Shown: positions 22,076-33,989 of the stretch, one piece after another
Numbering within the stretch: the first letter of the stretch is position 1
Layout: each line of letters begins with the position of its first letter
NCBI GenBank assembly: GCA_030390025.1
Contig: CM059432.1
Location: forward strand, 42,782,001 to 42,846,000
Reading direction: 5' to 3'
Origin: Squalus acanthias
Taxonomy: Eukaryota
DNA length: 64,000 nucleotides
Notes under the pieces: generated by a model
The model's database searches: none
What the model saw: the letters and a program-made list of their open reading frames with translations, nothing else
What the model was told of the DNA's origin: nothing
Position numbers and translations under genes: made by a program

Positions 22076-25000
22076 TTATTCTTTCACAGTTTTCAACTGA
22101 TTGATGTGGTACCATTTAGTCATCTTGGCACTCCCCTTTTTCCCAGGGAATTGCACCAGATAAACCGAAGGACTGGCCCTGTCAATAATCGGGAAGGGGC
22201 CATTCCACTTTGTTTTGAAGCAATGTTGCTTCTTCCCATAGTTTAATACCATTACAACATCTCCCACTTGATATTCAAATGGTCGGACCTTCTTGTTGAA
22301 GTATTTCTTTGCCTGGTTTTTTGATTTGCCTGTTTGTGTAGCTACAAACATGTTAGTTTGTTCTATGTTTTCTGCCATTTTTGGTTGGCAATTCCCTGTA
22401 CTAAGGGTATGGCTGAAGGGGTTAACAGATGGGCTGGCATTCGCATTAGTCGCCCGGTCATAGCCTGGTAGGGTGAGATACCCGTTGTGCTATGCGGAGT
22501 GGATCTAATAGCCATTAGACACATTGGCAACATACTGGACCATTTGGTAGGGTGATCTGCACAAAATTTGTTTAACATAGTTTTCAGAGTTCGGTTTCCT
22601 CTTTCCACCACTCCAGATGATTGTGGGTGATGGGAAATGTGAAGTTTATGCGAGATACCCATTATCCGTTGTAGTTCGGTAAAAATTTGGGCGGTAAAGT
22701 GTGATCCCTGATCACTATCAACTTGAATTGGCACTCCCCACCTGCAGATCACCTCACCCAATAAAAGGCGAGCCGCTGTCAATGCGGTGTTTGTTTTACA
22801 TGGAAAAGCCTCCATCCATTTAGTAAATTTATCAACTATAACCAGACAATACCGCAAGCCAGAAGGTCCTGTAGGTAGAGGCCCTATGAAGTCAATTTGA
22901 AGGTGGGTCCACAGCCCATCAGGAGGAGGGGGACTGTGCAACTGTGCCCGATTAGTGTGGGCACTTGGATTGTGCTGTAAACAGGGCAGACAATGATTCA
23001 CCCTATGAGTGACATCTGTGATGCAATCGGGAAACCATGCAAATTTGCATAGTTTCTGAACAGTTGCATAAGCTGAATAATGCCCTCCTACCGGGTGTGA
23101 ATGCAGGAGATCAAAAATTTCGGGTGCCATGGATGGGGGAACACAGACAACTGAGAGATCATATGATAGCCACCGCAAGCGGGGGTTGTACATTAACAGG
23201 GGAGCAGCTTCCCCAGTCTGATCCGGAGCCAACTGGGTGTCTGCAGCCCATGGAGTGGGCTGAGGTAACGGACATCCATTCTGCCGCCATGCAATAACAA
23301 CTACATAGGGGGAATAACTGGACTGGAGGAAAGGGAGGTCGATGTCCCCACCTTGGATACTCGAGACTGATCTTAAGGGAGGGGTAGGGGCTTGCCAGAG
23401 GTCACCGTTAACTGTGGCGTCCTTGGCAGCACGATCTGCCTGTGAGTTACCTTGGGTATGTACATCTGAAGAACGTGAATGGGACTTCACCTTACCAATA
23501 TAGACAGGGGCTGATCGTGAATTTAAAGAGTCCCAAAGGGAAGCAAAGAGGTCTGTATGGAGCAGGGTTCTTACCATCGACAGTACAAAAATTATTCCGA
23601 GCATACAGCGGTAAAGATAAAAAAGTGCTAATCGCATAGGCTCTATCTGACCAGACATTAACAGGTATGTCATGAGTAATTTGGATTGCTGTCACCAGGG
23701 CTGCAACTTTAGCATATTGGGCAGAGTGGGGAATACATTTATACTTAAGTTCTTGGTCAGGCATGACTACTGCAAATCCAGTAAGGGGCTTTCCGTCCCT
23801 GTGATAGGATAACCCATCAATGTAGACGTTCTGGGCGTCACTTAGCGGAGTAGGAGAGATGGGGTGATAGTCGAACTCCAGTGGTGGAAGGGGGCACTCA
23901 TGGCTTCCCCCCTCGTACAGTAGGAGCTGAGGTAGTAGAGTTATCTACCTTGGCGTTATTTCCAAATCTCTCTGAGTTAACAGAGTGTCCAGTGACAGAG
24001 TCGGGCAGAGGAGACCAAAGTGTCCCCTGGTTTAAGTAGAAGATTCAAAGGGGTGTGGGGGCTATGTATGATCGTTTTGTTCAGCCTAGTAATAAACGTG
24101 ATGTGTTTGCCCAAAAAGTGGCTAGCAGATGTCGCTCACACACAGTGAAATTCTTTTCCACGCCATTCAAAATACGGGAGGAGAATACGATTGGCATAAA
24201 TTTACCCAGTACCTTTTGGCACAGAACAGCAGCAAGACTCTGATCGGTGGATCCCACCTCCAGGTGGAAAGGCTTATCTTGGTCAGGGCTTATCAGTGGC
24301 TTGCATAACAGCAGTTTTAAGGAGGGACACAGCCGTTGTATGTTCGGTGGTCCAGTCACGGGCCACAGCATCCTCTTCACCCTTTAACAGTTCATATAAT
24401 GGTTTGGCTAGCTCCGCAAATCTGGGAATAAATGAGCGCTGGTATCCCACTAGGCCCAGGAAGGAGTGAAGTGCGGTTTTGGATGCGGGCAATGGTAAAC
24501 GCTGAATTACGTCAATCTTATGCTGGTCAGGGCTGAGTCCCTTTGGCCCACAGAAACCCCTAAAAATATCACTTCTGGCTGTAACAGTTGTACCTTTTTG
24601 GGGTTAATTTTCAGCTCAGCTTTTAGAAGAAGGTCTAATAGCTCTTCCATTAATTTAATATGAGTCTTTTTGTCAGGCATTGCAAGCAAAAGGTCATCAA
24701 CATACTGCAGCAGGCAGTCGGGTCTCGAAAAAGGTTTCAGTGCCTGAGCCATCTGTTTGTGGAATATAGTTGGGGCGTTGTGAAAGCCTTGAGGTAAACA
24801 TGTCCAAGTATAACTTTGATCTTCAAAAGTGAAGGCAAACTTGTACTGATCCTCTGACTTAACAGGAATACTCCAGAAGCCGTTTGAAATGTCAAAGGTG
24901 GAGAAGTAGCAGCTACCTGGTGGAATCTGGGACAGGAGAGTGGGGGTCTCCCGAACAACAGGGGCGCAAGCTGGGGTTACCGAATTAAGCTTGCGATAAT

Positions 25001-25790
25001 CAATTGTTAGACGCCAGCTATCATCTGGTTTCTTAACTGACAAGGTTGGAGAATTAGTGGTAAAAGTGCCAGTGTGGATAACACCCTGCTTTAACAATGA
25101 ATCGATAGTAGACCGAACATAAGGTTTACTCTCAGCCGGAATGGAATACTGCTTAACAGGAGGGTGGGAAGGTCCATTAATCTCCTCATCTCCCGACATC
25201 CTACCACAATCGTGTTTGGACTTAGCAAAAACCTCTGAAAATTTATGAATTAATGTATTAACCATGGGGTCTTCAGTCGTGGGAAGGGTGAAATCCTTGG
25301 GTTTTTTAATTGCATATACCGAATGGACATCTGAAATAGGTGTCGGTGGTCCCTCATTAAAGTGCCACCAAAGACAATCAGTAGCGTAGTCGAGGACAGC
25401 ACAGTGTTTATGCAGCGTGTCACTTCCGAGGATACCTTTCTGGTCATGGGTGGCCATATATACAGGAGAGGGGGCATCGACGGAATTCCCATCATGGGTG
25501 GCCATATATACAGGAGAGGGGGCATCGACGGAATTCCCATCAATGGACAAGACTGTGGAGCTCAATCCCTGATTAGCTAACTGAGTAGAAGCATTAAAGC
25601 CAGTGAGGTTTAGGGCAGTGCCAGAATGGGAAAAGGGAGCAGGGGTCATGTAAAATAGTCACGGCAGAACCGGAATCCACAAGCATAACATGGTGGCGGC
25701 CTCCATGATCAGTGGCCCGGACAAAAGGTCGTCCGTCCTCCCCGTACCAGACAGGAGAAGACGTGGTCACTGTGGAGGCCTCTGACCGTC
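22076..25790 (-). pseudogene. pol: pol: protease, RT, tether (degenerate RNase H), RNase H, integrase with GPF module; frameshifted
   Basis: MLVDSGSAVT (~25660-25690); WRLTIDYRKLN, FDISNGFWS, LPQGFHNAP, LQYVDDLL; PFHLEV..FSSRIL..CERHLLA; VYIDG..SAQ..WSD..GNSQAD; HHCC, QIDF, DSDQG, VERGN, WNGPF. Confidence 0.92.
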
Positions 25791-25919
25791 ACTGGGGCCG
25801 TGAGTCTGGGAGCGCATCTCCGCTATGAGAAACAGCCGAAATGTTTTGCCCCCACGCCTGACTGTGCTTCATGGCCTCAACTACCGGCGAAAGGTGTTCG
25901 AGCTGCTGCTGCACAGAGT

Positions 25920-27507
25920 TCAAATCAGACCCGTCATCTTCACGGATTGGGGTTGGTAGCGTGGGCCATTATTTGGACGTTGACTATCGCGACAGTCGCG
26001 AGCATAGTGTCCGGACTTATAACAGTTATAACAGATCACGTGGCGTTTGTCTCCTGACTGGGGAGGGGTTTGTGGTGTCAGAGGACCCTCCACCGCCGAC
26101 ACTTTGGACCCAGTAGGGGTGAGGGATGATTTAACTCGGTCCCAAGCTCGAATGCAAGTGTCCTCCAGATCAGCCCACGGGGTTCCCTGATGAACAGTAA
26201 TACCAAGAGCATCCCTTATGGGGGGTAAGAGAGCATCGATGAATGTCAGCTTAAATCCCTCCGTGTCCCAAAACTCTTGACCATTACGATTTTTCTGGGA
26301 CTGGTTGTACAAATCATACAATCGATTTGCAAAGGCTACGGGATGCTCGTTAGCCTCTTGCCGGGCATCCCCAGCCGCACGGGTGAAATTAACTGCGTCC
26401 ATGCCCAAACGGGAACAAACTGAATCTATAACATCCCACCAACCCTTACTTTTATCATAGATTTCCCGTGAAAGTGATAACTTGAGTTCCCGTGAAATGC
26501 ATGACAACAGAACTTGTTTTAAGTCTGTCAACTCTAACTCAGGGTGACAGTGACGGAATGTACCCCAATCACTTGTTAGGGTGACTGGGTTCGTCCCCCA
26601 GTTTATTGGCCCCAATTCTTCGGCTAGTGCTTTGCACTCCACCGGGGTCAAACTTCTACTGGTAGTAGTAGTTACTTCCACATTTGGGGGCAGGTTGTAG
26701 GCTACAGAGGAGGTATCATTGTCAAATTCATCATCCGAGGGTGTAGGGTCACCAAATTGGGTGGTAGTAGTGACTATATTAACCTGCTTGGTTTCTACCA
26801 GGGCAGTTTGTCCTGGATAGGGAGGTGGAGGCGCAGAGGGTGAGGGACTATTTTGGCAGATGGGGTTATTATTGCACTGGGCTTTTCTTGTTAGATCGTC
26901 CCAGTTAATACCGGGATCCCCTGGTTTAAGGCGACTAAAGGCCGCAACAGCAGCTGTTTGTCTCCCCAGCTTTCCCGTCAATTCCATAATTTTTAATTCG
27001 CAGTGAGTATGGTCAGTGCTCACCAGAGGGGGTTTCTGAAGTAATTCTCTCAAGGCTCCCCTGGCGTCCTCAAGTTGTGAGATCAGGATTCATTTTTTAT
27101 TTTTAAAGCCTTGTTATCCTCAAACACCTGATGGTGGCGTCTTGAGGCAAGTCGTGCCTCATCTGCCAAGGCTTGTTCTTGATGGAGAAGTGTACAGACT
27201 GTGGCATGTCGGCCTTGCCAGTCCTGTAAGTCTCTTTCAAGTTGTGCATTTCTCTCTTTCAGGAGTACAACTTCGCCTCCCAAGCGAACAGCACACAAGT
27301 GGGCCGCGTAAGCCAGCCTATTTCTGGCTTCCTTAACTTTACATTTCTTCGCACCCACCTGGGACGCTATCTCGCCCCAAATCTCAGAGTAACTTTTCTC
27401 ACTCTTCTCATCACCCTGCACTATTCCGATTACTGCTTGGGCCCCGGAGCCCCTAACTTATCCGAAAGACTGTTCGCAACCTTTTCTGTAAAATACGCAT
27501 CTGCCAT
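25920..27507 (-). pseudogene. gag: gag with N-terminal coiled coil, PSAP/PPPY late domain and CCHC zinc knuckle; frameshifted
   Basis: ATG at 27507 (MADAYFTEKV), ORF pieces 27083-27421 and 25920-27053, PSAPPPPY, major-homology-like ARQEANEHPVAFANRLY, and CYNCYKSGHYARDC. Confidence 0.88.
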
Positions 27508-27600
27508 TTTGTTTTTACTTTACAACCCGATAAGAACACCTAGTACCTTTTATAGACCGAACCCGTCCTCAACTCGTTTCGACCACAACAACCCTGTTGC

Positions 27601-27620
27601 ACTCCTGGCTCGGCTCGCCA
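27601..27620 (-). other. Primer-binding site, tRNA-Arg(ACG)
   Basis: Plus strand ACTCCTGGCTCGGCTCGCCA equals the vertebrate tRNA-Arg(ACG) 3' end ACTCCTGGCTGGCTCGCCA plus one extra C. It lies 3 nt from the 5' LTR. Confidence 0.85.
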
Positions 27621-27623
27621 ATT

Positions 27624-27823
27624 TGTAGAGATTCGCGTATCTCTGGTAAACAGGATCGAATGCAAACCAATATGGTGGGTGTATTGTGTTTAATTGGAGT
27701 TTAGGACGGAATATAACACACCAGTAATACAGCAAAAACATACGACCGTGACAAGCAGCTGGTACCGGACCCGATCGGACAGACGGCTGGCGTGCATGAA
27801 CAGTTCTCTGGCTTCCGGCCTCT

Positions 27824-27870
<47 letters not shown>

Positions 27871-28749
27871 GAACCTCCAATGGTGAGCATGGGATCACTC
27901 TCAAAAGAGTGTTCGACCAGCCCAACTTCTTTTTGCAACTTCTGTTCGGCTCTCCCCTCCACCGTCTGTGGGCAAGCCCTTGGGGTGTCACTTTTATTCT
28001 CATTTTAGGGGTGAGCCTGAGGCCAAGTTATTGACAAGACCATTTAACCTATAGAGGTTCCTCCAAAACTTCATCAACCAATGACAGCTCAAGTTCTTTG
28101 TCTTGGCTCTTGGACGAAAGCCCTCCCCAAAAGAGGGTCTCATTACTTCATTCAATTTATCTTTCTTGTTTTTACATTCTGATGGTTCCTCCATTGGAAC
28201 TCGTCTTATCTCTCTTGACTCTATCCTCCTTAACCCAGCAAGAACAAGGCCCAGCCCTGTCCCTCTTAATCATGGCCCCAGCCAGAGCTGTCGCACATTA
28301 GCTAGTCGCTATCTCGCCTTCATCTAGCAAATGGCCCATTCCAAGATGGATACCTTATCCTCCTCAAATTCCTTTCATTCTATGTCTTTTCCTAATTAAC
28401 TTTTAATTATCTTCACAAGCAATTCTGCTAAACAAACTCCAAATTCTATCGGCGGAGATTATAATATGGTTATTAGTAATAATGGAAGAAACATAGGTTG
28501 GGTCTTCACTGGCCAAATTTAAGATACATTAACAAAGTCAAAACCCTAACTTACAAACAACAGATAATTGGCCTGGCAGGGCCATCCTATGGGCCCCCGT
28601 GTGGAATGTTTATGTTTCACCTAATCTAACTGATTAAAAAGACTGTCTCAAATTCTAAAGCAAGCTTTCCAGGAAAACAAAACTTATCATTTAAAAACAG
28701 TATTATTCGTGTAGCCATATACATTTTTAGGCACCCCTAGGTTCTAACA
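27624..28749 (-). repeat. 5' LTR (1126 bp)
   Basis: Direct repeat of 20212-21323 with a longer internal (TC)n tract. Confidence 0.95.
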
Positions 28750-31700
28750 CACTAGAGGAAGCTGGTGACATAATAGTTTCATCCCTCTCAGAAAGCAATA
28801 GCATATGATGTTCATAGAGATTCGCGTTGTATCATCTGCTCATAAGGATGTGTCGGCTACATCAATATCAGATGTCTAAATCATGCCGTTACTCTCTCAC
28901 AGGACCATTGAGCACCCCCCTCCCCACGATCCAGGATGAAGACCCGGACAACTCCTCAGAGGAACCTGAAGCCTCTGAGGGAGCAGCATCACCAGGACTC
29001 AGCGCATCCAGCACCAGCGCAGTAACGCTCACCTCGGTGGGGACATCATGAGTTAGTGTAGTGTTGCCACCTGGTCTATCACAGTGCTCAAGTGAGCATC
29101 AGCAGATGGTGGAGACAGCGACAGCAGTGGAGAGTCCTCGGAGGAGGTCGCAGGACTCTCCTAGCTCTGCTGAGCTGCATGCAGATGCTGTGCCTCTGGG
29201 GCCATCCAGAAAAAGAGCGGTTCGTGAAATACAGGAACAAGTGCAGGTGTCTCTGGAAGGGTTTGCCTCCAGGGTTAGTGCGAGTGTGGAGAGAATGGAG
29301 AAGTCCATCTCTAACATCAGCACTGCCGTGGTGGAGGCAATGGCGCATGAACGCACCACCATGGATAGGATGGCAACCTCCGTGGAAAGGCTGGCTACCT
29401 CAGTGGAAAGGATGGCTATGGCCATGGAGGAAATAAGTCTCCAGAGTCAGGAATACATGGTGACTGCTCAGAATATAATGACATCTCTGGAGGAGCGATG
29501 GGCAGCTATTGAGCAGAGAGACCAAAGCTTCATGGACGTCCTTTTGAGGAGGACTGCCAGTGCAGTCCCCCTGAAGTGCAGCAGGGTGCTCTCCAGCCAC
29601 TTGCCAGCACTGAGGTGCGGCTGACCCATGAGAGGGATGTTGTTGACAGGACAGAAGGAAGTGTGGGCTCCTCTCAAAGTGCTCACACGACCATGCCACT
29701 GCGGAGCCCTCGGTCAGAGACCCACTTTGCAGAGACAACTGAGATGGCCGTTTCAGCCCCTGCACTGCCGCAGGAAGAGCAGACTGTTGAAGAGCGCTCC
29801 CAGAGCATGCCTGCCAAAGGCGTCTAAGCAGGCGCAGCATCCTAGTCAGCAAGGTGCCTCTACATCTGCTGAAGCCACAGGGGAAGCACCATGTAGAAGC
29901 ACCCGTAAGAGAAAGATTAAGCACCTATAGTTACAAGGGGAGTCACTTAGGTGTTTTGTCTTTTTTTACTGACTCTTGCTGGTTTATTATCCTTTTGTCA
30001 TGTGATAAAGATAAATTATGTCAAACAGTTGATTGTATGGCCTATGTGTTATGGGAAATGGCAAAAGCGCATTGAGGGCTCAGGGCGACTTGCTTTTGTA
30101 ATGCTGATGGTAAAAGTGATAGGAAATAACAGGGTATAGCAGAGATGAAGTATGATGTTGGACAAGTGTCGCCTGCAATTACAGAGCCATATGGTAGTCA
30201 CCTATGGTTGAAGAGTAAGCTTATGCTAATGTGGCATGGCAGTGTGCATACCCTGGTTGACGGGCAGCAGTGAACTGGAGGGATGCTGCATTGGTCACAA
30301 CAGGGCATGTAAGGTGCCCATCGTCCTCCTCCTACTCCTCTTCCCAGAAAGATCTGCGCTGAGCCACGCGGCTGCTACCCCTCCGATTATGAGGACCAGG
30401 ATGAGAGGGCATAAATGTTTCTCATCCCCTTGCTATAGATTTCATTTGAGGCAACAATCTTGCAAGCGCACAGTCGAAGTGACCTGAAATTATTCCATTC
30501 ATGTCACACTGCAGATGGGTGTCAGCCTGAACAGTCAGAAGGTCAGTAGATGTGCCAAAAGTTATCCCATACCTACAACACAAAGTTGTTGCATTTGCAT
30601 TTCAGCCATGTTTCAGGGGCGCTTTTAAAGCGCTCCACCAATGCATACAAATCATGTCCTCCAGCAACTCATCTCCTTGAACCTGGCCTGTTTCTGACAA
30701 GTTGGGAAACAGGAGCCAGAAGCATAAAAATGGGAAACCACTATCAAAATAGGATTAGCAAGGCAGTTAACAGGCTGTCCCACCGGTTCCAGACGGGCCA
30801 GTTTGGGAGCGGCTAAACAGACACGCAAGAAAATCGGGTGGAGGCGGGTTGGGTGTCTGAAGCCATTTTTTCCGATTTTCGCAACAGACCCACCTCCAAA
30901 CCCGCCTCCTCAGAGCTATTAAAATCGAGCCCCAGGTATCCATAAAACAGAATAAAATCACTTCCTCAAACTAAGTGTACTTTTGATATAAATATGTACC
31001 CTGAAATCATTTCATGGCATTAAGCAAATTTGGGGTTTTAAATTATACTTGTAATCTTCTTGTGTTTTGTTATATTGTCTGAAGCCATCAGATTCGATTA
31101 CTGCCTTCAAATTAATTCAGAGAATTGGTAGCTCTATAAATAAAAGGTAGAAACATCCCTGTTTTAAGGAGATTTCAGTCAGTCGGTTTTGAAGGAGCAG
31201 AATGCCATGTTTGGGGTCTTTATCACATCACATGCAAGCGATTCATGTTCCAGAGATGAGAGAGAGTAGCTAACAACTTGGCGGAATGCCCCTCCAGGTA
31301 TTTTAGCAGATTGTGACTGCAGAGATGTGGTCTTTGACTCACCTCCTGAATCCAGAAATGCTTAACTCTCGGGGGGGAATACGCCGATTTGCGCATACAC
31401 GAAAAATATACACGATTCACGTATGAGCAAATTGCATATTATTTACAAATAAAAATCCCGAGATTTAGGCATTCCATTGTGAAATCACAAGTGAAGCTTT
31501 GTTTCACTCCAAAATCATGTCTCTTGTGACCCTCAGGATGTTGATGGTAGGGACCTGGGTGCTAGTGGTGTTGTGAAGGTCAGGGGAAGTGATTGGGCCT
31601 TTCCTTGCTGAAGATGGTCGAAAACAGCATCCAGAAGGCATCTAGCCCTGAAATTCCTCTGCTGCTACTGCAAAAAAAGATATTTCATCTAATTATGTTT

Positions 31701-32368
31701 CAGAGACAGGACCTTTTCCTATTGCTGAATTGTAATAAATGCTTTTGAAAATATATAAGCTATGATTCAGGACCTTACGACTGGAGGTTGTAGTTCCAAT
31801 TGATCTTTAAGGTGTATTATGGGTAAAGCAACTGATGAGTACAATTCAGGATACAGAATTAGAAGAACTGTTCGATGCTGATTGCCTTACCTTCTTTGAT
31901 TTAGACAGTGTTGGACTGCATCACTACCATGATGACATGCTGATATTTGCGCAGAATGCATCAGTACACATTTTGGAGTCCTCCTTGAGGTTTTAGAATT
32001 TGATAAAACCAGGTAACATATTAAAGAGAAGAATGTAGACAGAGTCTGAGCTAACTCTATGAGAAAAAGATTGTATATATAGTATGTGTGTGTAACCTTA
32101 TATGCAGTATATTAAGTTGTAAGTTCCTATTTCTAACTTCCTAGTTCTCTTTTAAAATTCTTGAAATACTCAGTTTTATTATATGTGATGTTGAAAGTGT
32201 TTTACTCAAATAATTTTACGGCCTCATAATTCATTATGGCAGATTCTGCCATATTACAGATTTTTAATTTTTTTTTGAGAGGTGAATTTTTGTGCTCATC
32301 AAACACTGTCCATTTCTGACACCCAGTTTCACTCATCCCAGGTCAGGTATAGCATAGCAAGATGTAAA

Positions 32369-32646
32369 AATGTGTGGGTTAGGTTGATTTGGCTATGATA
32401 AATTGACCCTTAGTGTTAGGGGGGATTAAATATGTGGGGTTATGGGGATAGGATGGGATATGTTAGGGGGAATTAAATACGTGGGGTTACGGGGGTAGGG
32501 TGGGATATGTGTACTGTGGGGATTAAAGCAGGGACAGGGTACTGGATTTGGATGATCAGCCATGATCGTATTGAATGGCGGAGCAGGCTCGATGGGCCGA
32601 ATGGCCTACTCCTGCTCCTAGATTCTATGTTTCTATGTTTCTATGT
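32369..32646 (+). mobile_element. 5'-truncated HE1-type SINE
   Basis: Nearly identical to 17010-17286. ATGTAAA occurs at both junctions. Confidence 0.88.
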
Positions 32647-32724
32647 AAAGTGAAACTCCATTTACTATATCCCAACAGTATATCTCAACCCCAAATTCCG
32701 AACATCATCACCTACTCTATCAAT

Positions 32725-33255
32725 ATAGGAATTAAAAATGCATCTGCTACATTCCAACAGCTGGTGTATTCTGTTCTGGTGGGAAGTCATACATTGATAA
32801 CACAGCCATTTATAGTTGGACATAGGAGGAATAGCTCACCCCTGTTACCTACCTATTAACCCAGTTGAGAAAACCAGGGTTGATGGTTAAGGTGGAAAAA
32901 TGTAATATTGATAAAGCTGAGGCTTTGTTCTTGGATCACCATGCAGTGGGGTAAAGCAAAGGCCCAACCAGGCAAATATAGATTTCATTGCAAACTGTGC
33001 CCGTCCCATGACCAAGAAATAATCACGAGAGTTGCTCTGGTTGATTGGCCATTTTGACACAAGCGTTTCTAATTGTAGTAACTTAGTCATACCATTAACT
33101 GACTTAACTGAGACGATGATACCCAATCAAATGATCTGGTCCGTCAAGGCATACAATGTTTTTGAATGTCTGAAAATGTCTTTTGCGCAGACCCTGTACT
33201 AGCTTGTCCTGGCTATGCTGGAGCTTTCAGAGAGTGGCAATGGTGCTGTCCTTTT
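32725..33255 (+). pseudogene. Highly decayed Gypsy RT/RNase H relic
   Basis: GIKNASATFQQLV, PMTKK..RELLWLIG, IPLTDLT, PVLACPGY and GAVL in shifting frames. Confidence 0.55.
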
Positions 33256-33989
33256 TAAAAATTCATTCCTGGGATGTGGGCGTCGCTGGCAAGACCAGAA
33301 TTTATTGACCATCCCTAATTGTCCTGAGCAAAGTAAATGACCTTGGGGATAAACACCCAATTGTTGATCCGAGTTGTAAGCTATTGCATTAGAAATGGCT
33401 TATTCCGCAATTTAAAAAGAATGTTTAAGTTTTATCTGCGCACTACAGAAGTCACAACCGTATTTATACCTGCCCGCCTTCCTCTACCACTGAGAAAAAT
33501 ACGAACAACAACATTGGAACACAATAAACCTCTAAGTACCACTCCCAAGTCATACAATATCCTGACATATATTGCCATTCCTGCATCGTTGTTGGGTAAA
33601 TATCTCGGAATTACCTACCTAGCACCATCAGTACAAGTACTGCAGTGGTTCAAGGAGAAGACCTCCCAACACCTTTTCGGAGCATGTAGGGATGGGTAAT
33701 AATTGCAGGCATGCCAGCAGTGCCCACATCCTGACAACAAATTTTAAAAAACTGCATTTACAGTATGTTCTAACTACAATACCTTAGTGCGGTTACAGTC
33801 AATGCATGACAAAATGGGCATCTGTTCTGATGGAGCATTGACCTAACAGGATACAACATTGTCATACAGCATTATCGTGATTCACAATAATGGGAATACC
33901 AATACATTGTCACATCAGGAATGAATGTCACAGCACTGAAACAGCCCATTTCAAAGTCACAAATGACATCCTATGTGACTGTGACCATG

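Larger units (their letters stand above)
20212..28749 (-). mobile_element. Endogenous retrovirus-like provirus (lokiretrovirus-like architecture), defective
   Basis: Two LTRs with TG...CA ends, CACT duplication (20208-20211, 28750-28753), PBS, PPT, and gag-pro-RT-tether-RH-IN-env remnant order. Confidence 0.9.
19486..29930 (+). pseudogene. Harbinger Myb/SANT DNA-binding protein; exons 19486-19725, 20063-20211 + 28754-28764, 28903-29930
   Basis: MTSSRGKAAPRFNDDSLHVLVDAV...W..I..EV....RSWIQCRKRFTDL, then EKVAHNKRERAMTGGG. One stop in exon 1, a mutated exon-2 acceptor, and exon 2 split by the provirus. Confidence 0.85.
19224..30932. mobile_element. Harbinger derivative retaining the Myb gene but lacking a recognisable transposase; hosts the provirus
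   Basis: 15-bp TIR GGGCTCGATTTTAAT / ATTAAAATCGAGCCC and a three-exon Myb/SANT gene homologous to 37156-39126. The flanking trinucleotides (CTT / CAG) do not match. Confidence 0.85.

Noticed and set aside
22076..27507. Foamy (spuma) virus assignment based on YVDD, LPQG and long LTRs
   Set aside because: Gag has a CCHC knuckle, the PBS is Arg rather than Lys, and no accessory-gene region is visible. A phylogeny is needed to exclude it formally.
28815..28827. TAGAGATTCGCGT matches the LTR terminus ~65 bp from the provirus
   Set aside because: It aligns with the homologous Harbinger intron near 37965-37990, so it is most simply a chance match.
31835..32012. Short ORF and AG|GTAACA donor
   Set aside because: No consistent acceptor and frame, and no recognisable peptide.
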